A stretch of DNA of 64,000 nt. It comes from Fistulifera solaris. Its lineage: Eukaryota. A program made the translations under genes and the position numbers. The stretch's first letter is position 1, and each line of letters begins with the position of its first letter. The stretch spans positions 1,116,001 through 1,180,000 of the forward strand of contig AP026127.1 in the NCBI GenBank assembly GCA_030295235.1, written 5' to 3'. Below the pieces are notes generated by a model. It was not told where the DNA came from and ran no database searches. It was given only the letters and a program-made list of their open reading frames with translations. Shown one piece after another: positions 13,947 through 29,398 of the stretch.

Positions 13947-14952
13947 ATGACCTTCCGAACGTTCTTTTTCTTTTTTGCTTGTTGTGGCCTTGTTAACGAA
14001 CTCCGTAACTTGGACGTCCGCTCAAGAGCTTCGTGGTGGCAATCGTCCTCAAGGTCGCAGTCTCGTTCTGTGCTGGCTGCTCAATTGCCCCGACCGCGAT
14101 AAGGAAAACAACAATAGCAACAACAACGAGAATAACAACAAAGATGAGGAAGACGATAAGGATAACAACTCGAAACCAGAGCCTATTGTAGAGAGGGGAT
14201 GGATGACAGAAACCGTCAGCGATATTTGGTGTGGTCTCTTCCGAGTCTGCGACGATGACGACAAGAATGACAAGCCAGACCCCGTCAGTGAAATCACGGG
14301 TGATATAGCGAATACGACCGATGGTAGCAAACCCATTGCGGAAGCTTGGAATGCGAGTAAAGAATCCGATACCCCCTTACGAGATTTCTTTGGTGAGCTG
14401 TTGAATCAGGAAGATAGTTCCGAACCGGTGCGAGATTTTGTGGAGGAAGCTTACAATCGGACGGATGCTCCTTTACTAGATTTTGTTGCCGAGTTGTTCG
14501 ACACGGTTCAAAACGTCACTGCGGAAGGTTTTGTCAACCAAGTGTTCAACGGAACGAAACCCGTTCAAAATTATGTTTCCGAGTGGATGACCGAGGAAGT
14601 TTTTGGAAATCTGAACTGCACCTCCGCTGGTCCTAAATGTGCATACAACCTGGAAGGAGATGAAGGTGTCTGGGTTTGTCGATCGGTTCGAAACCCGTTC
14701 AAGTTGAATAGCGAACCAGTGAATGAAACGTTGTGTTCCGCGCCCGATTATTCCTTTGTGGACAATGATAAGTGCGGATCCTGCGATGGTACCTATCCGA
14801 CTCCCTGCACTTGTTCATGCGACTTTCAAGCGACGAACGATGGAGTCTTGGTCACGGTAGACGGTAGTTCGAAACGACAATGTGTCAACAAAGCCTGGGC
14901 TACCAGTTCGCTAGTCGCTTTTGACTCGTTCAAGTGCGTCACAGATTGTTAG
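13947..14952 (+). CDS. Secreted acidic protein with Cys-rich C-terminal domain
   Basis: ATG 13947 with a frameshift in a T-run joins ORF 13975-14952. Signal peptide, Asn/Asp-rich segment, several NxS/T sites and about 10 Cys in the C-terminal ~110 aa. Confidence 0.65.
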
Positions 14953-15453
14953 ACATATTTAAACGAACCTAATTTATAATAATACATTACTTTTATACAA
15001 GTAAAGCTTTATGGCGTTTTACGGAAATTCAAAAAATTTATGCAATGATGGATCTTACTGATGCTTCAGTCGCGTGACATTTCAAAAAGTAATGGATCCA
15101 TTTTGCATGTCTCCATCAATACATGGTCATCAACTCTTTGTTGAGCATCTGTAAATGTTTATTTGATATTGAATCATTCTCTAGCAGCATATTTTTTAAA
15201 ACCGAAAAGCGCTCGAATCGTAACCTTAGGTTTAGTGTGCGCCAAAGTGTAGACGACTTTTTCCGAGACTGGATTTTCCATGCGTCACGAGTGTTGCAAC
15301 AAGTCCAATAACATAAACAAGCGCAATCACGTTTGGATTTTTTTATGATCGATGCTCGGCTATAAGTAATCGAAAATTTTGATAGCTCATAAAAGTATCT
15401 TTGCATCTGCCTATTAGTCGTTTCGATTTGTCGCTGCGGCGCTTTAGAATAGA

Positions 15454-17400
15454 ATGGAACAACCAAACAAACGCAAAACGATGACAACGTCCTCGAGCCG
15501 TCCGGAAAGCGTCGTCGTCGACTGGAAAACATTCCGACATCTCATCATTATCACGTCTCCTGGATGCACGCCAACGTCGTGACACATATTGTTTGCAGTG
15601 TCAAACATGGATACATTATTACCGCCAGTCACGACGGAGTGGTCAAGTTCTGGAAACGATTGCCCGTCGATCATCGCTGCCTCGAATTTGTCAAGTCCTT
15701 TACGGCCCACGCCGGTCCGATTCGTGCTCTCTGTATCGATGCAGCAGGAGATCAAGTGGCTTCTGTCGGGAGTGACAAAATGATTAAATTTTATGATGTG
15801 AGTTCGTTTGATGTCTCGTGGTATTTTCCGACCGGACTCGATTTGGGCACATCGGCCTGTTGGATCGATCGCGATCGAGTGGCGTGTGCCTCAGCGTCAG
15901 ATGGTGTCATTTATATCATTACGACTACAGAACAAGAAGTTCAAAAGGTGAAATTGCACGGAGATAATTTGGTGACGTGCTTGTTGTACAATCCGCGATT
16001 TCAAACGGTCATGTCGACCGATCAAAAGGTATTATTGAATTTTGGGATGCATCGCACAGCAAACTAGGGGACCCTCTCTCCATACATCGCCACGGAATAT
16101 CGTACGAGTCGAAGTTCAGTGACACAGATCTTTATACATTGATGAAAAGAAAACGTTCGTCATTGCCGGAGCATCACAGGGAACTGTTTATGCTCTCTTT
16201 TGTGCCGACTCCAAGATACGACTGTTCGATCACGAAACAGGGAAGATTTTAGTAACCTTTGACGAACGATCGAAAGTATACGATGCGCAATACTCTCAGT
16301 ATGATTTAGATGCCATGGATTATGGACGTAGAGCCGCTACGGAGCGAGAAATTCAGCAAGAGTCGACCGTATACAATGCTGGCTTTAACAACGAGGCGTC
16401 GTCACTACCGTTACGAATATCTTTGCAGTTCGATTCCACTGGGCAATATTTACTAGTACCGACGATGATGGGTATCAAGTGTATGGATTGGCAGCGTCGC
16501 AAACTCGTTGCTGTAATAGGAAAGATCGACGCGAGTCAGTTGCGTTTTCTGTCCATTTGCCTAGCACCAGGCAACGCAAATTTTGATCGACAACTGTTGT
16601 TAGCGAGAGGTGAAGGGTCGAATCAAGCCATATCCGAGGAGAAAGAAGCGGGAGAAAAGCTAGGAGACGCTCTTCTGCTCACGACAGCCTACAACCAACG
16701 CCGCGTTTATGTTTTCAGTCATGTCGACCCCGTCAGTGACAATTCGACAGACCAAGACGAAACCATTCAGCAACGAGACGTGTGGAACGAGATGCCAGTG
16801 GGAGATGACGCTCTTTATCATCACGGTGGCGGTAAAAGCAAACAACAGGATGCCTCGCAAAGCGTGTCACGGGCCGTCATTCGTACGACACTTGGCGATA
16901 TTCATATCGAACTATTCTCGAAACAAGTGCCTAAAACGATTGAAAACTTCGTCGGTCATGCCAGATCCGGATACTATGACAATGTTATTTTCCATCGTGT
17001 CATTAAGGGTAAGTGCATCTTGTTGTCTACTTTGCCATGTTCCTCCTTCCTCATTTTTGTTCAACAATTGTGCAAAGGCTTCATGCTTCAGACGGGTGAC
17101 CCACTAGGCGATGGAACTGGTGGAGAAAGCATTTGGGGCGGCGAGTTCGAAGATGAGTTTGTTCCTGGCTTAAGACACGATAGACCTTTCACTGTATCGA
17201 TGGCAAATGCTGGACCGAATACAAACGGCAGTCAGTTTTTCATAACCACCGTCCCGTGTCCCTGGCTGGATAACAAGCATACAGTATTTGGTCGAGTAGT
17301 AAAGGGGATGGATGTGTGCACGGCAATTGAGAATGTGAAAACGGATGACTTGGACAAACCATTTGAAGAGATTTCTATACAGAATATCGATTTGGATTAG
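15454..17400 (+). CDS. PPWD1: WD40-repeat cyclophilin (PPWD1/CYP71 type)
   Basis: WD repeats ([22 protein letters not shown]), [17 protein letters not shown], and a cyclophilin domain ([44 protein letters not shown]). Intron 17009-17077; frameshifts. Confidence 0.93.
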
Positions 17401-17503
17401 TCTTGGCTGACACTTGGATCACGAAGGGCGATCGAGTTAAATGATGGCCCTAAGAGAAATGAAGGCATCGCATGTCTTTGATAAAATTGTTAAGATTATT
17501 AGC

Positions 17504-18690
17504 TTATCTGCCTGGGATATCAATATTAGCGGTTACAGGCAGGGTTGTAAGAAGAACAGCCATGTCTTCATCATCAAAATCATCATCGCTGAAGTCGTCG
17601 TCATCTTCCTCGTCGTCGTCATCACTGTAGTCATCGTCGTCTTCACTGTATTCCTCGTCCTCTTCCGAGCCGCTCTCTCCGTCATCATCCTTCTGCTCAG
17701 AAGCAAGGTACTTCGCTTCTTCTGGGGTCAAACGCCCAGCTGCCACCATCTTCGCGAGATCCAAAGTCAAAGCATTTTTCGGATCTGGAATCGTAGTTTC
17801 GGTCGTTGTCTCCACTGTCAGATCTTTAGCCGCCTCCGTTGCCCCTTCTTGCACAGGCCAGAAATCATCCTTATGCTCATCCAAAAATTAATCCAGTCGC
17901 CCCAATGTTCTTTGCGTACATAGTTCAAAGGTGCATCTCCGCGAGCGTCAATCATGTGAAGCATCCGTGCATCCGCTTTGATCACAACTTGGGCTACATC
18001 CAAGGCAGGTTCTGGTGCCCAGCACGCATCGTGCAATGGCGTTCGACCGTAGTCATCGCACACTTGCAAAGTCGCCCCATGCTCCAATAAGGATTCTAAC
18101 ATTTCTTTACGACTGCGACGACAAACTGTGTGTACTATCGACTCCTTGTAATCATTGCAAGCATTTGGCGAAATGCCGCTTTCTACAATCTGTTTGAAAT
18201 TGTCAACATCGTTCTTTCGCACAAGACCGATGAGATAGACATCGTAGCTTGCCTTTTGCAACGGCGACGGAGTTTTCGAGTACGAGGTTTTCAACGCTTC
18301 GATTTTCTCAGCAGAATATCCACGACTTCTTAACAATGCGTCAAGGTATTGTTGAGGAGGGAGGCTTTTATCGGGCTGCATAATGGCACCAATGTGAGAG
18401 ATAATGATTGTAAATTAGATGACATACGCATACAAGATCACTCACCCCTTTCTCGGCCTTGCGTTTCTCTGCTTTCTTCTCCTGAGACGCTTTAGGGCTT
18501 CCTTCTGCTTTTGAAGTGTCCTTCTTTTGCCTCGGCTTTCGCTGCAAAAACCAGTTTTTCTTGAAGACTCGACTTCCGACATTTTCCGGAGGGGGCTTGT
18601 GAACCTCTTTGCCGCGGTTCGAAGCTAAGAACACTGCTTGCAGCGTAAAGGAATTCTAGACTGGCGTGAAACAGGAGCGTTGTCAGCCAT
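17504..18690 (-). CDS. Ankyrin-repeat protein with acidic C-terminus
   Basis: Ankyrin motifs ESIVHTVCRR and DDYGRTPLHDACW; probable intron ~18377-18445; frameshift near 17885. Confidence 0.75.
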
Positions 18691-19294
18691 TTTGTTTTCC
18701 TTTCCTTGTTAGGTGTGAAGATTCTTCAATAGAAAGCTTGTGATGATGTGATGGAAGACGACAAAAGGTTTTGTTGTGGTTGTCGACCTGTCGACCTGTC
18801 GACCTGCTCCGTATTATTCTTCCTGTTTCTCCGTTTTTGTACACGTGGTCACCGGTCATAAAGTTCCACGTTCAATTTTCTGACAAGACTACTCTTTAGA
18901 TATAGTCCTAAAAATGACCTTCAAGAAGTCATCGCCAGTGCTGATAGTTAATACTACGACGGCCTCAGAATACGGTACTGCTTTTCGGTGTTTTTGTCAC
19001 TTTGTCATTATTTCTCACTAGCCGCCTTCGGCGTCTAGCCCCTGCAGGGCTTTTTTCGTTCTCGCCCTTCCCGCAAGCGGGGGCTCGATCCCCGGGGATA
19101 GCGTCACACCCGTGATTCGGACACCCGGGACCAGCGTTACGTTACGTGACACACACACGGACACAGCGCGCTATTATAATAGAGGCGGGCTAGCCTGCGG
19201 TAGCTTTTTTCGTTCTCGCCCTTCCCGCAAGCGGGGGGCTCGATCCCCGGGGATAGCGTCACACGTATTCGGACACCCGGGACCAGCGTTACGT

Positions 19295-19798
<504 letters not shown>

Positions 19799-19821
19799 CA
19801 CACACACACACACACACCCGT

Positions 19822-19909
<88 letters not shown>

Positions 19910-19928
19910 GACCAGCGTTACGTTACGT

Positions 19929-21770
<1,842 letters not shown>

Positions 21771-21853
<83 letters not shown>
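21771..21853. repeat. (CA)n microsatellite
   Basis: Pure CA run immediately after the retroelement 3' end. Confidence 0.99.
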
Positions 21854-21856
<3 letters not shown>

Positions 21857-22007
21857 CACAGCGCGCTATTATAAATAGATAGTGAGAAAATTGGTGCGAC
21901 GAAAGCACGTTATGGCTTCGGTTGAAGTTTTGTCCTGCCAAATTGTTTTGTCGCCGCTTTTCTCGCGTTGAACATTTATAATCATTATAACGCGATTCGG
22001 CAGCCTG

Positions 22008-22990
22008 ATGCATACAATGAATAGCAACAACAATACAAAAGACGTGGCATCCATGTCGGCTGCACGCAACCCTTCCAAAACGGCTCCAGCGGTGACACAG
22101 CGCGACGGATTTGATCTCATTCCGACGACACCCATCGTCTGGGATGTTAGCGTCGACCGAAATCCAACCACAGGAAAAGTTTGGAGTGATATTACGTACT
22201 CCAAATCCACACAAGATGCTGCAGCTCGTATTGCTTTTAACAGGGCTTCCAAGTTACACGCGTTTCGTCCTACTACGATACGGGAAATTCAACACGCTCT
22301 CGAAGATGCCACCGAAGATCCAGCAATCGCCGTGATTGTCATTACGAGCAATACCAACGATCAGGAATACACACCCGCTTTCTGTGCTGGAGGTGACCAG
22401 ACGGTCCGTTCCGATGGTGGAGGATATCAAGACGGCACCGAAACGCTCCCAAAATTGCGCGTCCTCGATTTGCAAGTACAAATGCGTCGCTGTCCCAAGC
22501 CCATCATGGCCGTTGTACGTGGGTATGCTGTAGGGGTGGACACATCCTGCACATGCTCTGTGATCTGACTCTAGCATCTACAGAGACAGCCGTTTTTGGA
22601 CAGACGGGTCCCCGCATGGGCAGTTTTGATGCTGGCTACGGCAGCGTACATGCCGCCGATTTAGTGGGACAAAAGCGAGCACGCGAACTCTGGTTCTTAT
22701 GTCGATACTATAATGCCGAACAGGCACAAGCGATGGGTTTGATAAATGCACATTATCCCGACGTTGAATTAGATGGACGCACCGCACAGTGGGTTCGAAG
22801 AATGGTTATGAATTCACCAACCGCATTGGCGTGCTGTAAGGCGGCATTGAATGCTGGACAAGACGGAGCAGCGGGTATCGCCCAGATGGGAGGAGAGCTC
22901 ACGCGGCTGTTTTATTTGAGTAAAGAGTCTCAGGAAGGACGACAAGCGTTCTTAGAGAAGCGTGCACCGCAATTTCGCAGTAAATTATGA
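22008..22990 (+). CDS. menB: 1,4-dihydroxy-2-naphthoyl-CoA synthase
   Basis: HAFRPTT, AFCAGGDQ, LRVLDLQVQMRRCPKP, FGQTGPRMGSFDAGYG, VGQKRARELWFLCRYY, EGRQAFLEKR; ends in SKL. One frameshift in a G-run near 22535. Confidence 0.95.
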
Positions 22991-23564
22991 GGTCGATAGA
23001 AACTGATTTGGCCGTCTCTATTGACGTAAGTGTGCGCCGATTGCTGAAGATTGAAAGGAAAGGTGAACCAGCTTGTTAATTTTGAGACTAATACTTGTTC
23101 CATGGCAAAAACAGGGAAATCCACCCTTGTTGTTTAGAGCCGGTTAAACTTTGTGCGTCTCTCCTTGTCATGTACCTTTTCAACTCCAAACCACTGTTTT
23201 GTCAAGCAAATATGATAAGTCGATCCTCTCGTTGCCGTCTAAGAACCTAACTGTTATAGGATTTAGGCTTGACATGTTTGCGGAAAATAGAACGGCTATC
23301 ACTATAAGAATCTTTAAGCAGTACCGCAGCGATATTATTCTACCTTGATTCAATTAGTGTACCTGGTATGCTCAACTATAAAACGTAGCAAAACTGTAAT
23401 TGAGTCATGAACCAGTATTTTTTCGAGCCACTGTTTGTACCTAACCTTCATCCTCTCTGCTAATGTATTGGTTTATCTTACAGTCTTATTATATTTGACA
23501 GAATTTTTATACAGGATTCGACTCGTAACATCGCTAAACGTTGTAAATCCTTGTCTTCAGTCTA

Positions 23565-25308
23565 GGCTGGTGTAAACCAACACTCCGTTTGATAGTGAAA
23601 ATTCAAGGTGTCGATCCTCGGATTTTCGACGTGAACATAAAAGAAACTCTTAACAAGTAGTTCAGACTCATCATTGTTGCGACTTTGATTACCCGTTATT
23701 ATAATTTTATTCGCAGTTGAATGAAAAGGAACAAATGCGAGAGACGTAAAACGGAACCCTTTGTTGTTCGGTTCATGACTACTGTACAATCCAGTCTTGG
23801 CTGGTGTAAACCAACACTCCGTTTCATAGTGGAAATTCATGGTGTCGATCCTCGGATTTTCGACGTGAAAATAAAAGAAACTCTTAACAAAAATTTCAGA
23901 ATCATCATTGTTGCGACTTTGATTACCCGTTATTATAATTTTATTCGCAGTTGAATGACAATGAACGGATGCGAGAGACGCAAAACGGAACCCTTTGTTG
24001 TTCGGTTCATGACTACTGTACAATCCAGTCTTGGCTGGTGTAAACCAACACTCCGTTTCATAGTGGAAATTCAAGGTGTCGATCCTCGGATTTTCGACGT
24101 GAAAATAAAAGAAACTCTTTAACAAGTAGTTCAGACTCATCATTGTTGCGACTTTGATTACCCGTAATTTTAATTTTATTCGCAGTTGAATGACAATGAA
24201 CGGATGCGAGAGACGCAAAACGGAACCCTTTGTTGTTCGGTTCATGACTACTGTACAATCCAGTCTTGGCTGGTGTAAACCAACACTCCGTTTCATAGTG
24301 GAAATTCAAGGTGTCGATCCTCGGATTTTCGACGTGAAAATAAAAGAAACTCTTAACAAGTAGTTCAGACTCATCATTGTTGCGACTTTGATTACCCGTT
24401 ATTATAATTTTATTCGCAGTTGAATGACAATGAACGGATGCGAGAGACGCAAAACGGAACCCTTTGTTGTTCGGTTCATGACTACTGTACAATCCAGTCT
24501 TGGCTGGTGTAAACCAACACTCCGTTTCATAGTGGAAATTCAAGGTGTCGATCCTCGGATTTTCGACGTGAAAATAAAAGAAACTCTTAACAAGTAGTTC
24601 AGAATCATCATTGTTGCGACTTTGATTACCCGTAATTTTAATTTTATTCGCAGTTGAATGAAAAGGAACAAATGCGAGAGACGTAAAACGGAACCCTTTG
24701 TTGTTCGGTTCATGACTACTGTACAATCCAGTCTTGGCTGGTGTAAACCAACACTCCGTTTCATAGTGGAAATTCATGGTGTCGATCCTCGGATTTTCGA
24801 CGTGAAAATAAAAGAAACTCTTAACAAAAATTTCAGAATCATCATTGTAAATATCAGAATTATCATTGTTGCGACTTTGATTACCCGTTATTATAATTTT
24901 ATTCGCAGTTGAATGACAATGAACGGATGCGAGAGACGCAAAACGGAACCCTTTGTTGTTCGGTTCATAACTACTGTACAATCCAGTCTTGGCTGGTGTA
25001 AACCAACACTCCGTTTCATAGTGGAAATTCATGGTGTCGATCCTCGGATTTTCGACGTGAAAATAAAAGAAATTCTTAACAAGTAGTTCAGACTCATCAT
25101 TGTTGCGACTTTGATTACCCGTAATTTTAATTTGATTCGCATTTGAATGAAAATGAACGGATGCGAGAGACGCAAAACGGAACCCTTTGTTGTTCGGTTC
25201 ATGACTACTGTACAATCCAGTCTTGGCTGGTGTAAACCAACACTTCGTTTCATAGTGGAAATTCAAGGTGTCGATCCTCGGATTTTCGACGTGAAAATAA
25301 AAGAAACT
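23565..25308. repeat. Tandem array of 234-bp units (~7.4 copies)
   Basis: ggctggtgtaaaccaacac recurs at 23565, 23799, 24033, 24268, 24502, 24736, 24991 and 25225 (spacings 234, 234, 235, 234, 234, 255, 234). Confidence 0.98.
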
Positions 25309-25831
25309 ATTTCAACACGACTGCATTGGAGTCACGAACCTCTACTTCTTATTTTTCGTTCAGGTCCCCGGTATCTAGCTTACAATGTGCCACGCGCTCT
25401 TGCTTTGGCTACGCACCATTCTCACCGTTTGTGGCTGTGGAAAAGATCTTAATTTTGTGAATGGAGTGGCTTACCTGGTAAGCTGAAGGTTACGATTGCT
25501 GCTCAGCCGTTCGAGTCACGGTATTGCGCCACGTCCCGCTGTCTGCCTTACCGGTACCGTTGACGCTAATTATTTTTTAAAGTGGGCTCGGCGTGCGTGC
25601 GCCTCCCGCCAAAGAGTGCTCGCGATCTCCGCGCTCCAACATCTTTTGCCCCTTTCATTCATGTCATTTTGTTTCGGCTGGTTCCCTCCCAAAACTGAAG
25701 AGTCCAGAGTGTTTATTCTCTCATTACTCCGCTAACCACCGAGTAATCAGTCTCCCTAGCGTCGCAATCTTTGCAAGCGACCGAACGAGACACGCCGACT
25801 TGCTAAGGAACGAGTGCATCATTCATACATC

Positions 25832-28800
25832 ATGCCGACACTCGAGACGATTGAAGTACCCATCGAGCCTTCCAAGCCCGAGCAAACGAAGCAGGCCGAG
25901 AAGGACGATCAAAAAGCTAAGCATGTGACGCCTCCTACTGAACTAAAGGAGACAACGCAGCCAAAGAAATCAAAGCAGCTAGGATTGACGGCCTTCTTCA
26001 CGAAAGCTCCGAAAGCCAAGCCACCGGTACATGAAACCCCCACATTGGACCCAGCTCGACGCTCTTCTCTCGTCAACATTGTTGTTGGTCGTACTGCTAG
26101 CGCGACGAATGATCCTACGAAGAAACTGGACTTTGACAAGAAAGATCCTGTCGCAGGAAGTATTCCTTCCGGAGACACTAGTCCAGCGAAGAAGAAGCAG
26201 AAACGCGATCTTTCAACGGACGATGAAAAGCTCTCGGCCTCAATTGCACAGACAAACAGTACTCCGCTCGTTGTCGAGAAGAGCCAAGTGGTAAATCTCG
26301 AGTCTCCGGAAGTTGTGGAACAGCCGATCGTCGACAAAAGCACTCCAAAGGAATCATTGCCAAGCAGCCAAGCTCGCGCTTCAGGCCCTGAAGGAACCGA
26401 CTCTGTAGTCGTCATTAAAAAACCCGAAATTCAGTCAAAGATCTCGTCATTCCCTCTCAAAAGCACCCCGAACGAAACAAAGACCCCAGTGACAAAGAAA
26501 AACATCGCGGAAAACACGACGCCACGATTCTATAAAGTGGGCGACCGTTTGGAAGTTCTGTGGACCGTGCAATCGCCCAGTGACGAAGAAAAGGTTGAGA
26601 AGCGTTGGTGGAGTGCCACGCTGTGCGAAGATAACGGCGAAACAATGGTCCTCGAGTACGACCCGTTCCCTGAAGGTGGCTTCAATGAAGTATCACGGGA
26701 AACAGTCAAATTGAAGAGTCAACACTCACTCTTGTGCGACGGAGAAGTGATGTCCGTTCGTCGTGAAGGCGAAAACTGGAGCAGCAGCGACGAGTCGGCG
26801 CAAGACGATTCTAGTGAAGACGATAAGCGCCATAAAATGTTGAAGAAGTACATGGATCGTGCCAAGGAGCTCTTTGCAGTCTTTAAGGAATCGCTTGGTT
26901 CCGAGCCCCCGCTCAATATCGTCCCTCCCGTGGAAGCTGTTTCCACCGATGGAGAATCCAGCGGTTTTCCCGACTTTGCGATAAAAACCCTGACAGCGCT
27001 TATCGAAGGACGATCGGAACCACTGAGTGTCTTGGCCTGCATCGCGTCGGAACAACTCAATGCCACGTACGACAGAACATTTTCATTCGAAGAAACGAGC
27101 TCGAAAATTAAAGTGATTGCTACGAGAAGGAACATCTTGAAAGATGCGTCCATTGTTACGAACGAAAGCCCGGCAGCACCAGCTGACTCGTTTGAGGACG
27201 AGTCTCCTTTTGGCGTTGGGAGGTGACGGTTGTTGATCTGCTTCCAACAGACTCGTTGTCGTGTGTGAAAAAGGCGAGATCTTCTCACAAGAAGATATCC
27301 TCGCACTGGAATGCCATTGTCAAGCTTGTAAAGGCACTTCAGAACCGCTCATTGAACGACAAGGCGTGGATTAAAATCACCCAAGACGAAGAGAAATTTC
27401 TGAAGTTCGAACGCGAGGAAGAGAAGGCACGACTTGCCGCACAAGCGAAAATCAGTAAACAGCAGGAAAAGGAAAAAGAAAAGTTGAAAAAGCAGGACCA
27501 AGTGAGCTCCGCGAAAAGAGCTCAAGACGAAGAGACCGCGCGTCTCAAAGAAGAGAGACTTTTATTGAAGCAGGAAGCGGCAGCCGAGAAGCAACGCAAG
27601 AAGGAAGAAGCCGAGAAAGTTAAGCTTCAGAAGCAACTTGAAAAGGAGAACAAAGAACGTCAGAAGCTTCGCAAGCAGGAACTCTTAGCGAAACAGCAGC
27701 GAAATCTCATGTCGATGTTTGTTCCCAAGAAGAAAGAAGATGCCGCCTTAGATCAGAACAATCGTTCCATTACGCCCATGGCAAAACAGTTTCCCGCTGG
27801 GGGTCAAGAAGCCGAGTTCGACGTTGAAGCATTTCGTGCTCAAATCGCATCCGGTTCGTATACAAGTCCAAAGAACCCTTTCAAACAAAGATCGAATCTT
27901 GCTCGACTGAACAGAAAGGCTGCAACTCGTCGAGTAACAATTACTGTCGATGTCACCGTATTCCCCGACGACCCTTTCGAATCTGAACCATACGCCGAAA
28001 GACGGGATGTCGAGGTTCTCAATAAGTACAAGTTTTTGTCGTTTCACGAAGATATCAGGCCACCGTACTACGGCACGTGGAGTAAGCCAAGCAAAATTGT
28101 GACGGGACGTTCGCCGTTCAAACAAGATACCGCTTTCCTGGACTACGAATATGACAGCGAGGGAGAGTGGGAAGAAGGCGACGAAGATATTGGCGAAGAT
28201 TGTGACGATGACGCGTGTGACGATGACGAGGAGAAAGATGAAGAACACGATGACGAGGACGGTTGGCTCGCGGATGACGACGAAATCCCAGAAGACGTAG
28301 ACGAGGAGACGAAGGAACGCTTACGAACACAGTTTGAGACCAAGAAAAGAGTAATCACTGGTGAATTGACTGTTTGCATCATTGCACCTGTGGATGGGAA
28401 ACCGATGACTTTTGATGGTGATGACGTGCCTCCTTTAGTCGTCGAGGGCTTCTCATCAACAGACGCTAAGGAGATCATGATTTCGCACACAGCAGAGACT
28501 CCCGAACAAGCTATTGAGCTGTGCCTCGACCCTTTCCCGGCTTTCCTCATGGACGAGGCGCCATCTGATAGTCCCAATCGCGACGGCAATCAGATCAAAG
28601 AACCCAGCCTTGAAGACCAAAGAACGTTTGCTCAATTCGTACACAACTCAACAATTGCTTCGAAGGATAAGCTAATTGATGAGCTACGATCTTCGCATCC
28701 CCAAGTGACATCTAATCGATCACAAGCTGTTCGAATGCTCAGCAACAATGCAGAGAAAATCAAGGGTACATGGCGAGTGAAACCTTCCTATTTGGTACAA

Positions 28801-29298
28801 CTAGGTCTGGAACATTTATCGGAAGCTAAATTAGCAACTGAGAGTCAAGAAGAAGACTTGATGAGAATTGTCGCTCGATCTATCCATCATGAAACCTATC
28901 CTTCGAAAGACAAAGCAGTCGATGAACTTCGTTCGAACAACGAAGTCCTGCTAGCCACAAGCCTGACTGAGTGCTTGTGTATCTTAGACGTAGTTGCAAT
29001 CAAGAAGAAAATGTCGGGTGGCGGTTTCTACTGGACTGTCAAAGGTGATATTCAGTCCAAGCTGGATCTCACTGATTTACCGCAAAACGCACCTGTCGGG
29101 AAGCCCAGCAACGACCGCAAAGAGACCACTCTGGTCCGCGCCGCCGGTGGCGACCACAAACTGAGCCCCTCTGAGAAATCGACTGACAACGAAGAAATGG
29201 CGGGCAGCAGCGCGAAGAAACGCAAGGCAAGCTCCAGTGGCAATGCTGGGTCCGCGAAATTAATGGAATCTTTCGTGAAACGATTTAAAGCATCCTAG
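25832..29298 (+). CDS. CHAF1A: Chromatin assembly factor 1 large subunit (p150/Cac1/FAS1)
   Basis: KER coiled coil, PIP-like motifs (QLGLTAFF, QRNLMSMF), KFLSFHEDIRPPYYGTW...LDYEYDSEGEWEE and an acidic ED domain; frameshift near 27210. Confidence 0.88.
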
Positions 29299-29398
29299 AC
29301 AACTGGACTATTGCCATGAATGAATAGTCCTCAATCGCTCTATAATGCTCTGACCGATCATTAATGAGTAACTAGTATTTCATCCTGAATATAGCTCG

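Noticed and set aside
14960..15450. AT-rich intergenic stretch as a possible MITE
   Set aside because: Only an 8-bp internal inverted repeat was found; no convincing TIRs or TSD.
18781..18806. (TGTCGACC)x3 and similar short promoter repeats, e.g. CTCCCAA at 5909-5937
   Set aside because: Short slippage-type duplications with no further support for function.
22008..22990. menB as recent bacterial transfer or contamination
   Set aside because: It is embedded among intron-containing eukaryotic genes and has a PTS1; MenB is expected in photosynthetic eukaryotes.
23565..25308. rRNA, tRNA, snRNA or CRISPR interpretation of the 234-bp array
   Set aside because: Units are near-identical along their length with no unique spacers, and I recognised no 5S, tRNA or Sm-site pattern by eye.
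25909..28589. Long antisense ORFs opposite CAF-1 and other genes
   Set aside because: Ser/Phe/Leu-rich shadow frames of charged sense-strand proteins.
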